Shown here piece by piece: positions 1 through 11,205 of a stretch of DNA of 54,736 nt. The stretch lies in contig NW_019217842.1 in NCBI RefSeq assembly GCF_002571385.2, forward strand, positions 852,020-906,755, read 5' to 3'. Source of the stretch: Stylophora pistillata. Taxonomy: Eukaryota. The translations under genes were made by a program, and so were the position numbers. Position 1 is the first letter of the stretch; the number at the start of each line of letters is the position of its first letter. The notes beneath the pieces are model-generated. The model did not search any database and was not told the DNA's origin. It was given only the letters and a program-made list of their open reading frames with translations.

Positions 1-11
1 AAACACAAGAA

Positions 12-1724
12 ATGGTGAACACAGAGAAGAATCCAGAAGGTATTGTCATTGCAAATATTTAAAAAGGTGTAAAGATTGAAATTTTGGTAAAGGAAAATGA
101 TAAAATTGCAGGAGTAATTCCTTACCACATTATAACGAAAATACACTCCACGATGAGAAGTGTTTCACCGATCATATTTGTAATTTTTGCAGTGGTTTCC
201 CCCCCACCCCCCTATACACCAGCCGGACAGCCTCCTGTCTCAGCTCAGCCGGGTCAACAACCTCAACCTGGTAGCCCCGCTCAACCTGGATATCCACCCC
301 AGCCTGGTTACCCAGCCCAGCCTGGCTACGCAGCCCAGCCTGGTTACCCAGCCCAGCCTGGTTACATAGCCCAGCCTGGTTACCCAGCCCAGCCTGGTTA
401 TCCAGCACAGCCCGGGCAGTATCCACCTCAGCATGGGTATCCACCGCAGTCTGGTTACCCGCTGCCTCAGCCAGTTTACGCTCCACAGTCCGTCCAAAAA
501 GTTCAGCAAAGTAACATTGAAATCAATATTGGCGCCCCGGTAAGTCCCTCTCGTGTTCATAGTATGTAATTTTTGACTGAATAGGAAGGTCAGAAAGGGG
601 AGTCATTTGGCTCTCGATCATGACGCATGGACCGAGCGCAGTTGACGTCCATGTATCATGACCGAGAGGCAAATATTTTCCCGTCCGGCCTAAGCAACCT
701 CAGTCAATACGCTTTTTATCTTATGGCGACTTAGTATTGAAAATGTTGAAAATTGTCTTTCAACTTACGCGATAGACAAGTGCGCAGGACAATACATTAT
801 AAAATAAAACTTTCCCTTGTTTTTAGAGTCAGAATAAGAGCCCTTTAATTCATCGAAAAACGGAACTCTTTTCACTCTTTTCTATTTTCCTTTGAGTATT
901 TGCAACAAAGCTGTGTGAGGGCAGGGCCGGACGTTTTCTTCCGGACTGGCTCACGTCAACCTGCCCGGCCCTACAAACGTCAGCTTTCACTATAGTTGTC
1001 TATGATTGCGTGCGCAGGGCCGCACGGGCTATATGATAATAGAGAGATTTAGCACCGCGATTACGTGAAACGTGAAAGGCAAGAGTATCCACGTGACCAC
1101 GATTTTCCCGCCATTTTTTCACGTTTGCCAGTTGCACTTTACCGTTTCTCCATGAAAGTAAGGTGTTTCGCGTTTGCCGGGTAAGTGAGATTTTCCTCAC
1201 TTTTTTCTCAAGGAGTAGAAGTTAATTACTGGAAAAATGTAGCAAAACTATTCCCTGTGAGTCATACAAGGGCAGATGAAGTTATGATGTTGAAAATCCT
1301 TAAAATGCCTTCAGCAGACAGCTGCAAGAACTCATGCTGACTCATAAGACGTCTTCCAGTCCATTCTGAAGTGACGTGCACTCACGCGAAGCTGAAGCAG
1401 GAAGGTTCGCTATTTCACGTAAAACAAGCAAGCACCACAGCTGGTGTTCGCATTTCACGCTAAATCTCTCTAAGTAACTGTTCCTTTGACATTATTTGCT
1501 AATTTGGCTGTGTAACTAGCATTTCACGTGTCTTCCCTCCTCAAGGCTGAGCTTTCCCTGTCATTTAGAGGACGTTAACTGACTTCTTTATTCTTGTACA
1601 GGCAACCCAGACTGTCGTCGTGGCGGCCAATCCTCGTCCTCCAAATCACATGTGCTTGTCTGTGTTCGACTTCCTTTGCTGCGCATGGCCCATAGGACTG
1701 GCTGCTGTTGTGTTTTCTTGCATG
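12..1724 (+). CDS. Proline-rich CD225/dispanin (IFITM/PRRT1-like) protein; exons 12-39, 193-539, 1602-1724; terminal exon not identified
   Basis: ATG at 12. GT..AG introns 40-192 (phase 1) and 540-1601 (phase 0) join in frame. The product reads [17 protein letters not shown]..., then PGYPAQ repeats, then [30 protein letters not shown], matching the CD225 signature (P.xx.L.....CC.WP.G..A..FS). A donor GTAAGA follows at 1725. Confidence 0.8.
284..420 (+). repeat. 18-bp coding tandem repeat (PGYPAQ)n
   Basis: Repeated cagcctggttacccagcc units inside exon 2. Confidence 0.9.
573..1040. mobile_element. Hairpin-ended non-autonomous DNA repeat in intron 2
   Basis: Imperfect palindrome ttgactga(573)...tcagtcaa(707) with inner arms ctctcgatcatga/tcatgaccgagag. 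The end gggctatatgataat resembles the gccatattataa end of the element at about 20456-20700. Confidence 0.5.
1041..1471. mobile_element. MITE with 13-bp terminal inverted repeats
   Basis: AGAGAGATTTAGC (1041-1053) and GCTAAATCTCTCT (1459-1471) are perfect reverse complements. The interior carries repeated CGTGAAA/TTTCACG motifs and has no coding capacity. Confidence 0.75.
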
Positions 1725-2008
1725 GTAAGACGGAACTTAAACAATATGTTTGAAAATCCTTCCCATGAGGAATGAAAAACAACTGAGGTCTTGTTGGTCT
1801 AGAAATGTACTCCACCTTGCAAAAGTCGGTCCGTAGTGCTGTATACGATCACAAACGAGTTTCGATATGAATAACGTAAATTTGTTGCGAACTGACTAGG
1901 CTACGCCTCTTGAGTGCGCAAAATTCTGTCCTTTGTGATGACAAAGACCGTTGTCGATAAGAGTACAGGCTATGCTATACAACTGTGGATTTCAATCAAT
2001 GAATTTTA

Positions 2009-2148
2009 ATATATGAAAATCACATAGGTGTACTGCGGATTCATGAAATGTATGAAAACGATCCTCGCAGTAATGAACCCTGCTTATGCAATAGTGGAAA
2101 TAAGGCCAATCGGTTTGTTAGCTTAGTTGACAGAGCACTGCACCGGTT
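2009..2148. repeat. Degenerate, truncated copy of the tRNA-containing dispersed repeat
   Basis: Shares gatcctcgcagta...gcaatagtg with the copies at 9847 and 54310, and ends in a tRNA 5' half (tagcttagttgacagagcactgcac). Confidence 0.55.
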
Positions 2149-3274
2149 AAATAATTTTAATTAACAGTAAGCTTCTATTGCGGTCACCCTCGAGTTTTTC
2201 TCATCCATATTGTAATGTACTTCGAAAAGCTAAAGGGAATATAAACTTCTTTCCTTACGCGAGAAAAAAAGGCAAATCGTGCGAGTTTATTCTAATTCTA
2301 AAAAAAAAACAACAACAACAATAACAAGAAACAAATCAAAACAAAAAAAAAACAGAAAGTTGCTATTTTTAATTACTTCTTGCTGCTCAACGATTGAAAC
2401 TCTCACCCACGTCACCTTTGTCAACTCTATCTGAGGTAACAGCATACCATGAGGATCGGTGATTGTAGCTTAGCAAGAGCAAGAATACTCATTAGCAGAT
2501 CGATGAAAGTGTAATGTGATCTTTTATGTTCACGCCATTCACAAAAGATCTGCCATCCAGTAAGAGAGCGTTTTTGACCTTTCGATCACTTGGTAGGTCA
2601 TCTCCTTGGAAACGTTGTCGGGAGTTGCTTTATAATGAAATACATTTTGTGGCGCGAAAGCTCATGGATTCGAGAATTTTAGGGAGCCTTATCAAATAGT
2701 TTTCTAATTGTCAACTCTCCATAAACCTACAAAGGCCCCATATCCGGACATATATATTTTCTGTTGGACAATCAGATTCCATCACGTGATCGCCATTTAG
2801 CTCATAGCTTTTAACTATTCTTTATGACCTCTCCAGTTTTGAACTGACGGTTGGAAGAATCCCTCTTTGAGAACCTCCTCACCGTCTGATATAAAAGCGG
2901 CCTCGGAAAGCTACAGATAACACAAAGTGAAATATGTACTTTTTACCAATCGTCCCTTGAAAATATGTTTGGACGGGATCAAAATGGCTCGGGATCGCTG
3001 GAAATACTCCAAAAAAGTTATGTATTCTGATTAAAAGTCGCTTATCCCGATAATTTGCATGCTCTGTTCATGATTCTCACGGCCTGGGAACGGCGAGAAA
3101 TTAGAGAAATCGATGGCCAAAGTACTGAAACGTTACCGTGATAATACAATGGCCGTAAAATAATTCATTGATATCAAGATGCCGAAAAAAAACACTCTTA
3201 GTCTTGCTCAGAACATTAATCATGAGGCCTGAAATAACTGGTGTACAGAACGGGAGAAATGAGTGACAACTGCG

Positions 3275-3276
<2 letters not shown>

Positions 3277-3330
<54 letters not shown>
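3277..3330. repeat. (AG)n microsatellite
   Basis: Perfect AG run about 50 bp past the stop codon of GPCR-1. Confidence 0.95.
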
Positions 3331-3334
<4 letters not shown>

Positions 3335-3380
3335 TGATCGTGATGCAAATATATTTTAGATAAGAACTGTTATCTGATAT

Positions 3381-4607
3381 TTACAATACGTTATCGTATC
3401 GTATCTGGCTTACATTTGTTACGACAACTTGAGTTGAGTTGCCAAACTCAAGAAATTGATTTCTGTGCGTCATTTCTACATTGGAAGAAGGACTTTCTGT
3501 CTGATCTACAAGACCAGAATTAACCTGCAGGTTGAATGATGATTTGCGTCGAATAATACATCCTAACAAGGGTGAAGATCTCCCGCAGCAGATCGAGCGT
3601 GTAACCTGCATGAGACCTCTTCTATACTCTTTGTGTATTGCAAAATAGACACACGGGTTCATGGCACTGTTGGCGTGTCCGACAAAGAGGCAGTAGAACG
3701 ATACGGTTTCTGGAATTTGGCATACTAGGTATTTCTTGCTGTAAAACAGAAGTAGAAAGATAACGTGATAAGGAAGCCAGCTCACTGCAAAGAGACATAC
3801 GATAACAATTAGCATCCTGACAAGTTTCTTTCTAGCGGCCGAATGGGGTCGAACATGACGTAAGTGACGTTGTCCGGGGATTTGCCGATTCCAAACTTTG
3901 ATTGTTATGCCAGAGTACAACACCGTTATAACGATAAGGGGTAAAACATAAAGTAATGAAAAATGTGTGATAGTGTAACTCCGGCCGGGGGGGTCTGATT
4001 CTGAGAACAACAGCGGAGTCCACTCTTCGTAGCATAGAAACTCCCCTTCGTATTCCGATAATTGGTTGACATAAAGGAGAGGTGAACACATCACGATGGA
4101 AATGATCCAAATCGGAATGACAATAGATCGTGCTTTATGGTTTAAAGTAGCTCTTTTTAAAGGAAACATGACCACCATAAACCTGTCGATGGAAATAGCT
4201 GTCAAAGTCAGGACAGAGCAAGCGATGGATACATCTTGGCTGTAGCCCACTACTTTGCAGATCACCATTCCTGTCAATCCACCAAACATTATCGCGTTGC
4301 TACCTGTTATTTGAACCTGCAGTTTGTAAGGCATGTGAAAGACTGTAATGAGGATATCTGCCATAGCCATGTTTACGATCAAGTAGTGTGTCAAATTTCG
4401 CATTCGAGGATTCTTTCGCACGGTCCAGATAACGACAATGTTGCCAAATAAAGAAATGACCATGGCAATCGAATAAAGTGTTGCCTGAACGAAACGCTTC
4501 TGCGAGGTGTTAATTTCTTCTTCCGCTGAACATTCTGGAAAAGGGTAGCCGTCGTCTGGGCCTGACTGATTATTCATGGAATTCTTTAGCAAGCTGTCTT
4601 TACTCAT
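3381..4607 (-). CDS. Class A GPCR, neuropeptide-receptor-like (GPCR-1), 408 aa, single coding exon
   Basis: Seven hydrophobic segments with GN (TM1), NMAMAD (TM2), C3.25, DRF, ECL2 CYEEW, WLPYH and NPCVY. It has the W.R.IPG motif after TM5, as in tachykinin/RYamide-type receptors. Confidence 0.95.
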   Translation of the reverse strand: MSKDSLLKNSMNNQSGPDDGYPFPECSAEEEINTSQKRFVQATLYSIAMVISLFGNIVVIWTVRKNPRMRNLTHYLIVNMAMADILITVFHMPYKLQVQITGSNAIMFGGLTGMVICKVVGYSQDVSIACSVLTLTAISIDRFMVVMFPLKRATLNHKARSIVIPIWIISIVMCSPLLYVNQLSEYEGEFLCYEEWTPLLFSESDPPGRSYTITHFSLLYVLPLIVITVLYSGITIKVWNRQIPGQRHLRHVRPHSAARKKLVRMLIVIVCLFAVSWLPYHVIFLLLFYSKKYLVCQIPETVSFYCLFVGHANSAMNPCVYFAIHKEYRRGLMQVTRSICCGRSSPLLGCIIRRKSSFNLQVNSGLVDQTESPSSNVEMTHRNQFLEFGNSTQVVVTNVSQIRYDNVL

Positions 4608-6991
4608 GGAGGTCCCTGTGGTGCATACGTCTCAATAAAACCAAGACCTGAAATAAAAATCACATGTTTCGTCGTAGCTCCTAAGGGCAAGGGCACTTTG
4701 AGAATACCTACTAGATCTTGACAGAAAAAGCTTCCACGACCTGTTTTAATCATTAAATTTTTAGCAATGACCAGTAAATTGTCCAAGGAAATGACAGAAT
4801 TGTGTACCTACTGTTACACAAATGTCGTTTAAGACATTTTAATTTTTCTTTCGCTCAGCTTTCAGTTTCCGCTTTGCAATGGTAAGCAGATAATTTCACA
4901 AGAACGGCGAAGAAATATGCGCGAAGAAAGCGCGCCTCAGGAAAGCTATGAAGAATACAACGTGCCATTTCAGAAATCGGTATTCATACGGAAGAATCGG
5001 AAACGTTTAGAGTCATATTATCAACTGCGCATAAATCTGTCATTTTACATATTCATTCGATTTACCATACCAAAAGTGTTTATTTAAAATGTCGGTTCGA
5101 GTCGACCGAAGACAGTCAAGAGCACAGTTTTTTTTCAAAGGGGAAGGAAAAAACGTAGGTGTTTAAAATATTTCTTTATTTATCCGTGAGATAAAATTAA
5201 AGAAGCTTTACAATATGTTTTGATATCGAGGCTTACCCACTTCTCTTCTATTAACGTGCGAACTTTTAAACACAGCTATTGAAACCTAAAGAAGGCGAGT
5301 TTTAAATTAGGCCACGTCGCATTTAGAATTATATTGAAATGTCTCTGCGGATTTGATAAATTACAGTGTCGTATACCAATACAGTAAGAATGGTTCATTA
5401 GTTTAGAAATTTATTGGAAGTAGGCAGGTGATGCGACCGCTTTAGAAAACTGATTATAGACGCTGTTGATAATGAAAGTTCTGCCAATTTCGCCGAGCTT
5501 AACTGCCTGTTCGTTGCTTACTTTTATTTTTTTTTTCTTAGAAAATATCGATGTCGAAATCAAAGGAATCGAGTTCGTGATTTACCAGTTCGGAAATCAA
5601 CCGAAAAAATTCAGTGAGTTCGAACAGTTCGGACAAAACCGTCAAAAAGTGTTATTATTCAATGAGGCGGTTCTTTTCAGGTGAAGTAATAATAACAACT
5701 AAGAGAGACCTTTGATTAAAAAATGTTGCTAGACTACACACACCAGCTTCAAAGGACGAAAATTGATCGTTCAAACTTGAGAGTCGTGGTCTTAAAGCAG
5801 TTTCAATTTGTTTTCGCTCTAAAATAAGGCAAACCGAGCCGATTGGGAAAATTTAGAGAAAGACAGGATACTATGCGAAGAGTGTAGCCGAGGAGCCAGA
5901 ATGATTAAAAGTGTCTATAATACGGAGAGAAGAACAATGTGCGAAGTAGAATGATTTTTGAGGGAGTAGAATGATTTTTGGAGGAATAGAAAATTTTAAT
6001 GAAAATTGAAATCTGAGGTCGTGATGTAGCTTCGTTTTTAAGTTTCAAAGCCACAAAGTTTTGCGATTGATTGAAAATGATAATCACAGTGGCCTTAACA
6101 ATAGATTTCAAAATACGTCAACTGCATCGACTCAAAGAGATAATATTGCGCGAAGTGGCTAGAAATTAACTAAAATGGGATACACTTTTGTTGTAGGTAT
6201 TCAAGCACAAGAATATTTTGAGAGCTCGATCCCAAAACTAAATCCTCAAAGGAAATTCTTTCCTATTGACGGTATCAATTACTTAATGCAATTGATTTGT
6301 TTCCCAAAACTACTGCTGCCTAAAAAGGGTCCTGTTATGATCAATCTCGATTGACACAAAATAATCCATTATCTTTCCTCACCTGTAGTCCTAGCTACTT
6401 TGCGAATAACTCAAACATAAGAGGCGACTTACAACTTCACCACCAATTCTTCGCCTTCAGTTGATGATGTTGCATGATGATTTTTTCTCGTGAGAATGTA
6501 ATTCTACACCGCTGATTTTAGAATGAGAAAACTTCTAGTTGCTTCAGCTGACGTGAACAGCTAAGTGCAAGTGAGTAGTTGTAAAAACAAGAACGCCGAC
6601 AGTACAAACACGACACTCCTCTGTTTACTCACTTAACTAGCAACTAATAAAGCAACCAGGTGCAAAATATAATTAAGACCGTCCACATGTCTCTCTTAAA
6701 GAGGGGCTGTGACTTATTCAGTGTCCCTGTTCCCTGAAATTGGTTTTTCTTTCTTTCGAACAACCGGCATTTGTAATTAATGGAGAAAAAGTAAGTTTCG
6801 ATTTTCACCCCAAATCGTCGGTTATTCGTTTCTAGGACCCCATGTTTTTATTTTCCTTTTTTTTTTTTTGTTATTTTTCTTTTTACGAAAGAGTTTGGCT
6901 TTAGTTATTCGATTTGCTTCTTTCAATCTGTCATCATCTCACAATAGTCTGGAAATTGAAACCGATATTCTTGGCTCCTTTTTTGACTTAA

Positions 6992-7128
6992 GGGGTTGTT
7001 AGTAAAACGAGTTACGGCGTAACGAGTAACGGGGTAACGGCGCAACGAGAAACCGCGTAACGGGATTTTTTTTGATGTTATTACTTTTTTTTTTAATTTT
7101 TTTTAATGTTATTATTATTTATTAATTC

Positions 7129-7167
<39 letters not shown>

Positions 7168-8048
7168 ATGTGAACATCAGTATTCGCGATTGGCAAGGTT
7201 GTCCCGGCCTTTGGCCAAGGTTACCGCATTTCCAGAGACACTAGAAAGTGCGGGCGCACTTGCTCACGCTTACATGAGGTCGGTCATAGAGAAGAACGAT
7301 GATGGTAAGCTTTGGACTTTCATTTTCAGTCAGTTAGTTTCCTTTCTTGCTCTTCGATCTTTTCAGTCACAATTTGTTTAGTGTAGCTGCAGGTTTCAGT
7401 AATTGAGTAGTTTTTGCGTCCGGCGCGCTATTTTTCAATTCTAACAACTTGCGTTTACGATTTTCCGAATAAATCATTTTCCTTGGGGAGAGAAGGCTTT
7501 CTGGTAAGTAAAAGTTGAATACTTAATTTGATGGTACATAACATTTTCTATTAAAATGTAGCTCACCTCTAACGCTTATTAATAGTGGTAACTATAGAAG
7601 AGCATTTAAAATCGCTTTGATTGTAGCGATGTCGATAAAAACTTTTTAATGTGGATACTAAGCTTATATCTGCTGGTTCCATGTGGCTGTCAAATTCAAT
7701 TCACGGTTGTAGTTAAGGTTTTATGGTAAGATGTAGATTCAATGCTTCCTTTGTGTAGATGCAGATGTCAAGGACAGCAGACTCACTTCTGGGGTAAGAT
7801 TTTCCGTTTAATGTTGTTGATATGCGTATCTGAATGCCTGTTATTCGAAAATTTATCAAACGCAATTGCAAAGTTTATGTCACGCAACGCCTCAATGCAG
7901 ACTGACCGGAATAACCTATTGCAGAAACGTTAAAAAAATAGCAAAAAAAAAAAAGAAAAATAACATTAAAAGAAATCCCATTACGCGGTTTCTCGTTACG
8001 CCGTTACGCCGTCACCCGTTACACCGTACGCGTTTTACTAACAACCCC
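6992..8048. mobile_element. ~1.06-kb non-autonomous DNA transposon with ~90-bp TIRs
   Basis: GGGGTTGTTAGTAAAACG at 6992 pairs with CGTTTTACTAACAACCCC ending at 8048. Subterminal GTAACG/CGTTAC arrays are present, plus an internal (ATT)n run. Confidence 0.8.
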
Positions 8049-8238
8049 GTGAATTGAATTTGACAGCCACATGGAATCAGCAGATAAGCTTACTGATCCA
8101 CATTAAAAATACTTTTTTATCGCCATCGCTACAATCAAAGCGATTTTAAAGGCTCTTCAAAGCCTCAGAGAAATGTACAGGCGACACTGGCTTAGTCTTA
8201 GCGATATTTGTATGCAGTATTTACACACTTCGCGATCA

Positions 8239-8381
8239 GGGCCCAGTGTTCGAAGGGTAGATAACGATGCAATGAATAAATCACTGTACAGCGGATAAGT
8301 TGAACCAAACATACTGCGCTATCCACCGGATAGAGATTTATCTGGTGGATAGCATTATCCGACCTTCGAACAACCGGGGCC
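8239..8381. mobile_element. Small palindromic MITE (GGCCC..GTTCGAA / TTCGAACAACCGGGGCC type)
   Basis: Imperfect terminal inverted repeats with internal TATCCA/GGATA palindromic motifs. Confidence 0.6.
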
Positions 8382-9846
8382 AGGACGCCCTAATTCATCT
8401 ACGTTTAATGAACCCTTGACTGGAATTCAGTCTCAAAGGATGGTACTAAGGGATCGACTTGACAATATTTCTCGGAGGAGAGCAGAATTTTTGGGAGGAT
8501 CACATGGTTTCAGGGGAATGGAGTGAAAAGCAGTCCTCCCCACCCCTCCCCAGAAGACAAATAATAACTGGCCCTCAGTAGCGGAAAAAGATCGCCCACC
8601 ATCTGTTTCTTATGTACAATTTGAACAAACTCACGCGGATTCGTTCTCCATATCTACAATCTCCATTCTGAGCATCTAGATCTAAATCCTATTTCAAGGA
8701 TATCACAGGTGTTCACAAATACCTAGCAGTCTAGCTGAATAAAACGTTATACTTAAGTTAACATTTGCTGAGGTTATCAGATCAAAAGTGGACGAGTGCC
8801 ACTTGAAAACTGTTACAGATCAACCTGACAACGCCACTGTTGTAGCTTCTACAAATCACAGCATGCCTTATGCTGTATACTGGCTGGAAATGTTCATTCA
8901 AAGGAGAAAAGTAAAGATTAGAAGATATTAAGGTGACCTTAGATAGCAGAACACCTGTTGTCCCGTTCTACCGCTATTAATTGTTCTCCACATCTGTAAA
9001 CTACACTTTGTAATCAAGTAATCAAGTAGAATCAGTAGAATGAAGATTCTGTTTATCGACCTGAGGTTACAATTTTCGGTATTCCTTAGTGATTTGGAGT
9101 TGTTTTAAAAACTTAAATTCTTCAAGTTGACAGCAATTTACGTAGTCATGAATTAAGCTACACATCTTTCCATTTAAACCATGATATACAATTCTGAATG
9201 CGTTTGTTCAGATCCCAGTGGTCCAATAGGCTGTATTTTAGTACTATATGATCTGTTTTTTTTATTTGACGAGACCGTATTTCTTACTTTGAGAGATGAA
9301 TCTCCATGCTGTCTGATCTAACACTTGCAGATTTGTCACCTAATAATATAATAATAATAATAATAATAATATAGTTTATTTCGGACCAGTTGCAGCCTAA
9401 GGCTGAATTACTGGTACAGTTTTAAAAATATACACACTGGAAACCTAAATAAATAAATAAATACACACAATACTTTACACAGGTTGATACTTAACGGTAA
9501 CGAAATTTTTAAAACGCTCAGTTCTGACAAGTGTGCGGTGAGAAGATTTGCCTGATCGCAGACACATTTGCGTTAAGCTGTGAAGTACCCGCTAATAAAT
9601 ATGGCACGTCTCTTTAACTTTGAATCAGCTTCGGGGAATCGCATCCAATAATTCAGATTGTTTGAGGCCTTCTCTTTGATAGATGTAACTTGGATTTATT
9701 TTGTTCAACGTTATTTCCCCTTAAAAGTATCTATTCCTTTAATGTATTGTTGTCATGGATTTACTCAATGCTACTCAAGGCTTGATTTTCTCTGTTCCCC
9801 TTTATTGGACTGCTTCAGTTAACATCACTCATTTCCATATGATGCA

Positions 9847-10069
9847 TGATCCTCGCAGTAGATAGCGCTATTTAAGCAATAGCGAAAATCAGACCTGAAA
9901 AAAACCAGGCCTGTACGGGATTCGAACCACTGACCTCTGCGATACTAGTGCAGCGCTCTACCAATTGAGCTAAGAAGCCAACTGGGAGCAGGCTGTTAAG
10001 TTGATTCGTAATAAACCCGTGAAAGTGATAAATTAAATACAATGAAATATATGAAGTTCATATATTTCA
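9847..10069 (-). repeat. Dispersed repeat containing a tRNA-Thr(AGT)-like pseudo-tRNA (9907-9979, minus strand)
   Basis: The minus strand reads GGCTTCT TA GCTC AATTGGTA GAGC G CTGCA CTAGTAT CGCAG AGGTC AGTGG TTCGAAT CCCGT ACAGGCC. A and B boxes are present but the T, anticodon and acceptor stems have mismatches. The flanks are shared with the copy at 54310-54535. Confidence 0.8.
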
Positions 10070-10077
10070 TGCGTACA

Positions 10078-11205
10078 TCATTGTATTTCATCACTCATTT
10101 CAGAAGGCAGTCCATCACTAAGTCTCACTTTAAACGATAAAGCACTGACCATACCTGGATCTTCAGGTTTGCTGAGCTTTTGTAGGTTTAGAGCTGTTAC
10201 ACCTTTACGAAGTCCACAACAAATAGATAAAAATCTCGCAACAACAACCTTGAACTCCTTTCTGTACTCGGAATGAAAAGCAATGTAGATGATTGGATTC
10301 ATCATGCTGTTTGCATACCCAAGTAATTGTCCCCCAAACCACAAAAACTCAGGGGGACAAACGTCTCGCATGAAATACCCAATGAACAGGGCAACGTGTT
10401 GCGGAAGCCAGCATAGTGCAAACGCCACGACACTGGTGACAAGCATTTTGATTACCTGTGCTGTCATCCGTGTTCGCCTCTGGGAATTGCCAAATGAGGA
10501 GGCTTTTGCACTCGCTTGGCGCCTCCACAAGCTAACTGCAATGATTATGTAAAGTACCAAGATGACAGTGAGTGGGCATGCGTACATCAATAGGAAGAAA
10601 ATAATCTGAAACACTCGGTTAGCTTTTGTTGTATCAAGTGGAGACCAGTCCTCGATGCAGTAGAACAATCCGTCGCCATAATAATCTACAGCTTTCACAT
10701 TGAAGAAAAAAGGGATCGTGATGAGAAAGGAACAAAACCAGATGGATACCAACATCGCTTTGGCACGTGGGAGTGTTATGAATCTTTTGAACGGAAATAT
10801 GATGGAGCAGAATCTCTCGATTGAAATTACCGTTAAAGTGAGAATAGAGCAGGCAACGGATAGGTTCAATATAACAATGCTCCCAATACAGTAAACTTGG
10901 CCAGCAACGCCACCGAAAGTTTCATCACTTCCAGTCACTTCAATTTTGAGCAACTCAGTCATGTTGAAGACTGTTATCAAAAGATCTGCGACTGTCAAGT
11001 TGACAATTAGGTAATGCGTCACAGAGTGCAACTTGATGTTTTTCCTAACGACGCACAGGACAAAAATGTTTCCCACAAGTGAGCAAATCAACACCAGCAG
11101 GACACTTCCTGCTCGGATTGTTTGTTGTAAGAGGGAAACGCTCGGATACCCACATGACAAAGCTCCTTCTTCCTCATATGTTGAGTTATTCATGTTGTTG
11201 TTCAT
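10078..11205 (-). CDS. Class A GPCR, neuropeptide-receptor-like (GPCR-2), 375 aa, single coding exon
   Basis: GN, NLTVAD, ERF, CIEDW, CWLPQH and NPIIY motifs, with an N-terminal N-glycosylation sequon. Confidence 0.95.
   Translation of the reverse strand: MNNNMNNSTYEEEGALSCGYPSVSLLQQTIRAGSVLLVLICSLVGNIFVLCVVRKNIKLHSVTHYLIVNLTVADLLITVFNMTELLKIEVTGSDETFGGVAGQVYCIGSIVILNLSVACSILTLTVISIERFCSIIFPFKRFITLPRAKAMLVSIWFCSFLITIPFFFNVKAVDYYGDGLFYCIEDWSPLDTTKANRVFQIIFFLLMYACPLTVILVLYIIIAVSLWRRQASAKASSFGNSQRRTRMTAQVIKMLVTSVVAFALCWLPQHVALFIGYFMRDVCPPEFLWFGGQLLGYANSMMNPIIYIAFHSEYRKEFKVVVARFLSICCGLRKGVTALNLQKLSKPEDPGMVSALSFKVRLSDGLPSEMSDEIQ

Noticed and set aside
84-569. 161-aa single-exon ORF and the overlapping antisense ORFs
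   Set aside because: The 5' part is intron. The alternative frames stay open only because of the 18-bp repeat.
9907-9979. Functional tRNA-Thr genes here and at 54416-54488
   Set aside because: The T and anticodon stems are mispaired and the non-tRNA flanks are shared, indicating a dispersed repeat.
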